Positions 60,232 to 64,000 of a stretch of DNA of 64,000 bases are shown here, one piece after another; positions within the stretch are counted from its first letter, which is position 1; the number at the start of each line of letters is the position of its first letter. Position numbers and translations under genes: made by a program. Source of the stretch: Basidiobolus meristosporus CBS 931.73 (Eukaryota; Fungi; Basidiobolomycota); contig MCFE01000335.1 in NCBI GenBank assembly GCA_002104905.1, positions 1 through 64,000 on the forward strand. Reading direction: 5' to 3'. The notes beneath the pieces are model-generated. The model was not told where the DNA came from and ran no database searches. It saw only the letters and a program-made list of their open reading frames with translations.

Positions 60232-62778
60232 CCATTGCATGCTGACCTCCAAGTAAAGCCTTGCTAGACTTCCTATAGCTTGTAGAGTATTAGCAAACTC
60301 CTTATCCTTGCACTCAATGGCTTCACGGATCTTTGATGTCTTTTGCTTTTTAGGCTTTGGTATACACACCACAGTCTCACCCTCACATGCTGTGATAGGT
60401 TTGTCAATAGGCTTTATCTTTTGCACTATTGTTGAGCGTCAAACTGTTTGCCCCAAAGAAAAGACTGCCTTGATTCAATGCTTAAAGATAAGAGAAAACA
60501 GACCATGTGGCTATTGAAATAAGCTGCTGAGCTGTAAACCACTAAGGGAGCATAGGAAGCATTAAAAGGATCACAGCTAGTGTTTTGCCACACGATTCAA
60601 ATCTTACTATTTGTCAGGCACAACTGTACCAACAATATCTTGCCAAACAACTGGTTCACCTATAACAGCACCTAGCACACATGTCACCTTGGGCAAACTG
60701 AGTCAGGTGAGTTTGTAATACCTTTAGGCTTACCTCAGCATCCTGAATATGGCATGCAGAGTGATAGCTCTTAAGAAGTAGGCTCATTGATGGAATGTAA
60801 GCTGATCTCCCCTGACAATAGTACCATGCATGGGCATAGCAGAATCCCAATATGCAATGAGACAACACCAGTGAAACAAAATGCCAAGGATATTTTATTG
60901 TGCCAAACAAGCCCAGTAACCTAGCAACTAGTGAATGATGTGATGATGCAGCCAAAGAAGTGGTGGGTTTCTACTAGTATCAGTATAGGGGGCTTTAAAG
61001 GTTTTCTACTACTTCTTGACAAGTACATTTCAGGATGCAATATACTATATACATGGTACAAATGAGCAACTAACATGTGGCTGGCAACATATGACCCTCA
61101 GACAGTCTTGATGCCAGCATGCATTAAAAGTTACATAGTATTCACATCATAAAGTGCCACCACTGCAAGGTGTCCAACTTATCAGGAATACACCACCGTA
61201 GGAGGAAAATGTTGCTCACACTCCAGACATATTTTTGCAATGCCATGTCTAAGGAAGCTCATATAGGCCAACAAGAGTTGTGAAGCTATAGAGTGCCACA
61301 CTCAACATCAATCAAGCCATTGCTGGATGAAATTTGTATGCATGTGAGCAAGATACTAGTACATAGCTGTCATTCAAAGCAAATATTATCATCTGCATTT
61401 GAGATACCCCAGCCATAAGCAGATAGCTGGCTTGTCTGGGCACAAAGTATGGTATTGCTGGCCAATGTGTGAGATACAGAAGATTTACTCCATAACTGAC
61501 TCACTTTGTTATTATGCAAATACCAATACTAAGAACATCATCTTCCTACACAGAGGATGCACTAGAGTCAGCATGGAATTGCAGCCAAGTTGCCAAGCTA
61601 TAAGTCATTATCTAGAATATGGTATTAAACAGAAACTGACCAAGTTGTATATGGGGCATGTCAACCTACATTAGCTATTTGAGATACTGAAAAATTTGGT
61701 AGAATTGGCAAGATATTACAGAGTATAAACTACACAAAGTACTTCTCATATGCTCCAATTAATATTAATATGCACAAGCAATTATATAAAAATATGGACT
61801 GGTTGAACTAGAATATATTCATTCAAGTGGCCTTCTGAAGCCAGTTCTACCAACACTACATTAGGGGCACTGGTAGTCATATGTTAAACTGTTAAAATTT
61901 TTATCCAGGAGTGGATCACCATTGGAATTGGATCTGAGTGGCTACACCACAAGCATAAAGCTGAACACATATATTTTGCTGCTGCTGTATCTATTCTCTA
62001 TTGCTTTTTGTGGCGTGTGTAAGAAATATTGGGCCTAGCTTCATCATTTGGGAGTTTTCTATGGAGCAGTGTGATGGTGTATTAGTACTCCTGGGAAAAG
62101 CTACACAATTCAGTGTGTGTGAGGTGTTTGAAAGGTGCAGTAATCTCTGGGTCTAAGCTGCTGGTGTCCTTAGTACTATATTACTATGGTAAATGCTCCT
62201 GCTTCTCTAGCTTCCTAGGTGTTCTAAGAGTCTCTAGAGGCCTCTGTGTATCTTGTGCACTACTCTGAAAAGCTCTTCAATGGCAGGTCTGAGGTGTAAC
62301 TGTTTAAGGTAGGAGCACTGATCAATTGCTAATCAATAAGGTGAAAGTATCAAAGACTGAAGGGATAGTTTACAGTTGAGGGATTGACTTCCATTAAATA
62401 CCTTTTCTGATTGCCAGACAGCATTGGAAGCACTGGGAGTCATTTGATGAAACTGTAGGAATATTTAGTCAGGGGCAGATTACCAATGCCAACTTGATTC
62501 ATCTACAGCATTTTGCAAGTATTTAGTGATAGGATTTGAGCAGCTATACCACAAGCATAAAGCTGAATGTGTAGACCTCTGCCACACCTGTATGCATTAT
62601 CTACTCATTCTTATTTGGTGTGTGGAGAATGCTGGGCTTTGCATCACCAACTAGAAGTTTCCTATGGAGAGGCTGCATGGGGAGATAGGAAGACAAGTTA
62701 AGTTGCAGGTACTAACATATCCCAATCTCATCAGGAATATAACCTTCAAGTTTGTCATGGTTGTGATGAGTTGGCATA
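60232..62778 (+). mobile_element. CACTA fragments: ORF2 (-) and transposase (+), with the FERLYY/WEFPME region present twice
   Basis: Reverse complement of 33500-33720 and of parts of 24000-25400 and 27100-27500. Confidence 0.7.
62070..62415. mobile_element. Truncated family Y LTR
   Basis: TGTGATGGTGTA... matches ~37361-37700. Confidence 0.7.
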
Positions 62779-64000
62779 CACTATGAAAAGTTATTGAGAT
62801 GAACACATCAAAAGGCCAGAACAAAGTTAAATTCCTGTGACTAAGAGGTACTGATCTCATCAGGATACCATCCAGAGCCCATTGAAAAATAAATGTACCC
62901 CCAATTTCACAAAAACTTGGTCAAAATTTCTCATCACAACAACATATTGGTGGCATTTGATTGGTTCCCTGCCATTTTGCTCACTTTCTGATCCCAGACA
63001 CTCTATCACCTACTACCTTTGTGTGCATTGATTGGCTATTGCCTCTTTTCCACACTCCTTACTTCCTGACTCAACCGTTTCTCTTATTGTTCATGTGTAC
63101 AAATTGATTTATTTCCGTTGAGAATTCAGTTGTATCTCAATTGCCAGTTGTATTGACCTATACAAGTGCCTATACCCTACATTAACATTGAGACCAGCCC
63201 CACACCCAACAAGTAACTCCATTAAAAACCACCACTCAATAAATATTGCTGCTGTAGCATGTTTAGATCTACCGCTTGAATGTTTAAGTTAGATCAGTTT
63301 TTAGTCAAATCAGTTAGTTATATGTCTAGCCTATCAGTATATTGTTGCTCTTTATTGATTAGGTGGCATTAGTTAGCAAATGAATTAGCACATCCTTATC
63401 AGACAGGAATAGATATACTAAGTAGGATCTTATTGGGCAATGATGATGCAGTCAAATAGTCATCAGCCACAACCTACATTAGGAAATACAATTACACAGC
63501 AATTGATATGTCAAAATGTATATAAGGGGCTGCTGGAACATCAATAAAAAACAGTTCAAGTTTTAGTAAATACAATACCAGCTAAACTCCCTATTTCTCT
63601 ACAAATCTTATAACAAGACTTGTAACAAATGCTCTGGTTCAACAACTCTGGCAGGAGCCTAACAGCTTTATGCCACTGTTCATTCACTGGTTCCCACATG
63701 TCCTGGTCTTCAGCCAGCATAGCAAGGTCTTGCAACTAATCTGCCAGTCTTTGCAATGAATCCTTGCAATATTCCAGTGTGTTTTCTTAAGCACTGCACT
63801 TGAAGAAGTGCTGCAATCTCTTGGTGTGCCTATTAATGTTCAAAATTTCCACTGAAGGCATTGTGATAGTCTTTTGTGCTCTTGACGTAGTAGCCTTGTC
63901 TGTCAGTGAGACCTCCACTCTGTCAACAATGCAGGACATGGAGGCTGTGGTAGACAATTATCCTTTTTCAGCAAACTCATCTACCTTGCTGGGTGTAGCT
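62779..64000 (-). mobile_element. CACTA element entering by its right end and running off the window
   Basis: Terminus CACTATGAAAAGTTATT at 62779; reverse complement of ~34500-35336. Confidence 0.75.
63260..63627 (+). mobile_element. 368-bp gypsy-family solo LTR
   Basis: TG...CA ends; same family as 41322 and 59864; host ORF2 rejoins. Confidence 0.85.

Noticed and set aside
15070-64000. Ascomycete-type RIP
   Set aside because: CA and TG are abundant while CG is missing; the pattern is CpG-specific (judged by eye).
15000-64000. The many 60-110-aa ORFs as independent genes
   Set aside because: They are fragments or off-frame readings of the decayed transposons listed above.

Overview
Eukaryotic window, most likely from an early-diverging fungus (inferred from gene content and short GT-AG introns). 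It splits at about 15.07 kb. Left part (1-15 kb) is CpG-rich and gene-bearing: an UNC93-like MFS transporter, a SEC2 Rab-GEF with two frameshifts, two tandem secreted CBM18+CE4 chitin deacetylases, a GST with a decayed tandem copy, a 7-intron coiled-coil gene missed by the ORF track, and a small ORF. Right part (15-64 kb) is a nearly CpG-free nest of decayed transposons: a self-nesting CACTA/EnSpm family, Ty1/copia and Ty3/gypsy relics, two further solo-LTR-like families, and three copies plus a MITE of a PHIS (Harbinger-superfamily) transposon with ANT target duplications and a second gene. The best find is a 1.5-kb relic at about 54.5-56.0 kb (minus strand). It holds a primase-like gene end (AEP motif III plus Zn finger), then after only 17 nt an intronless, compact RNA polymerase largest-subunit (RPB1/beta-prime) gene. 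This looks like an endogenous large-DNA-virus fragment that has undergone the same CpG decay as the surrounding repeats. All calls are from manual reading; no database searches or counts were run.
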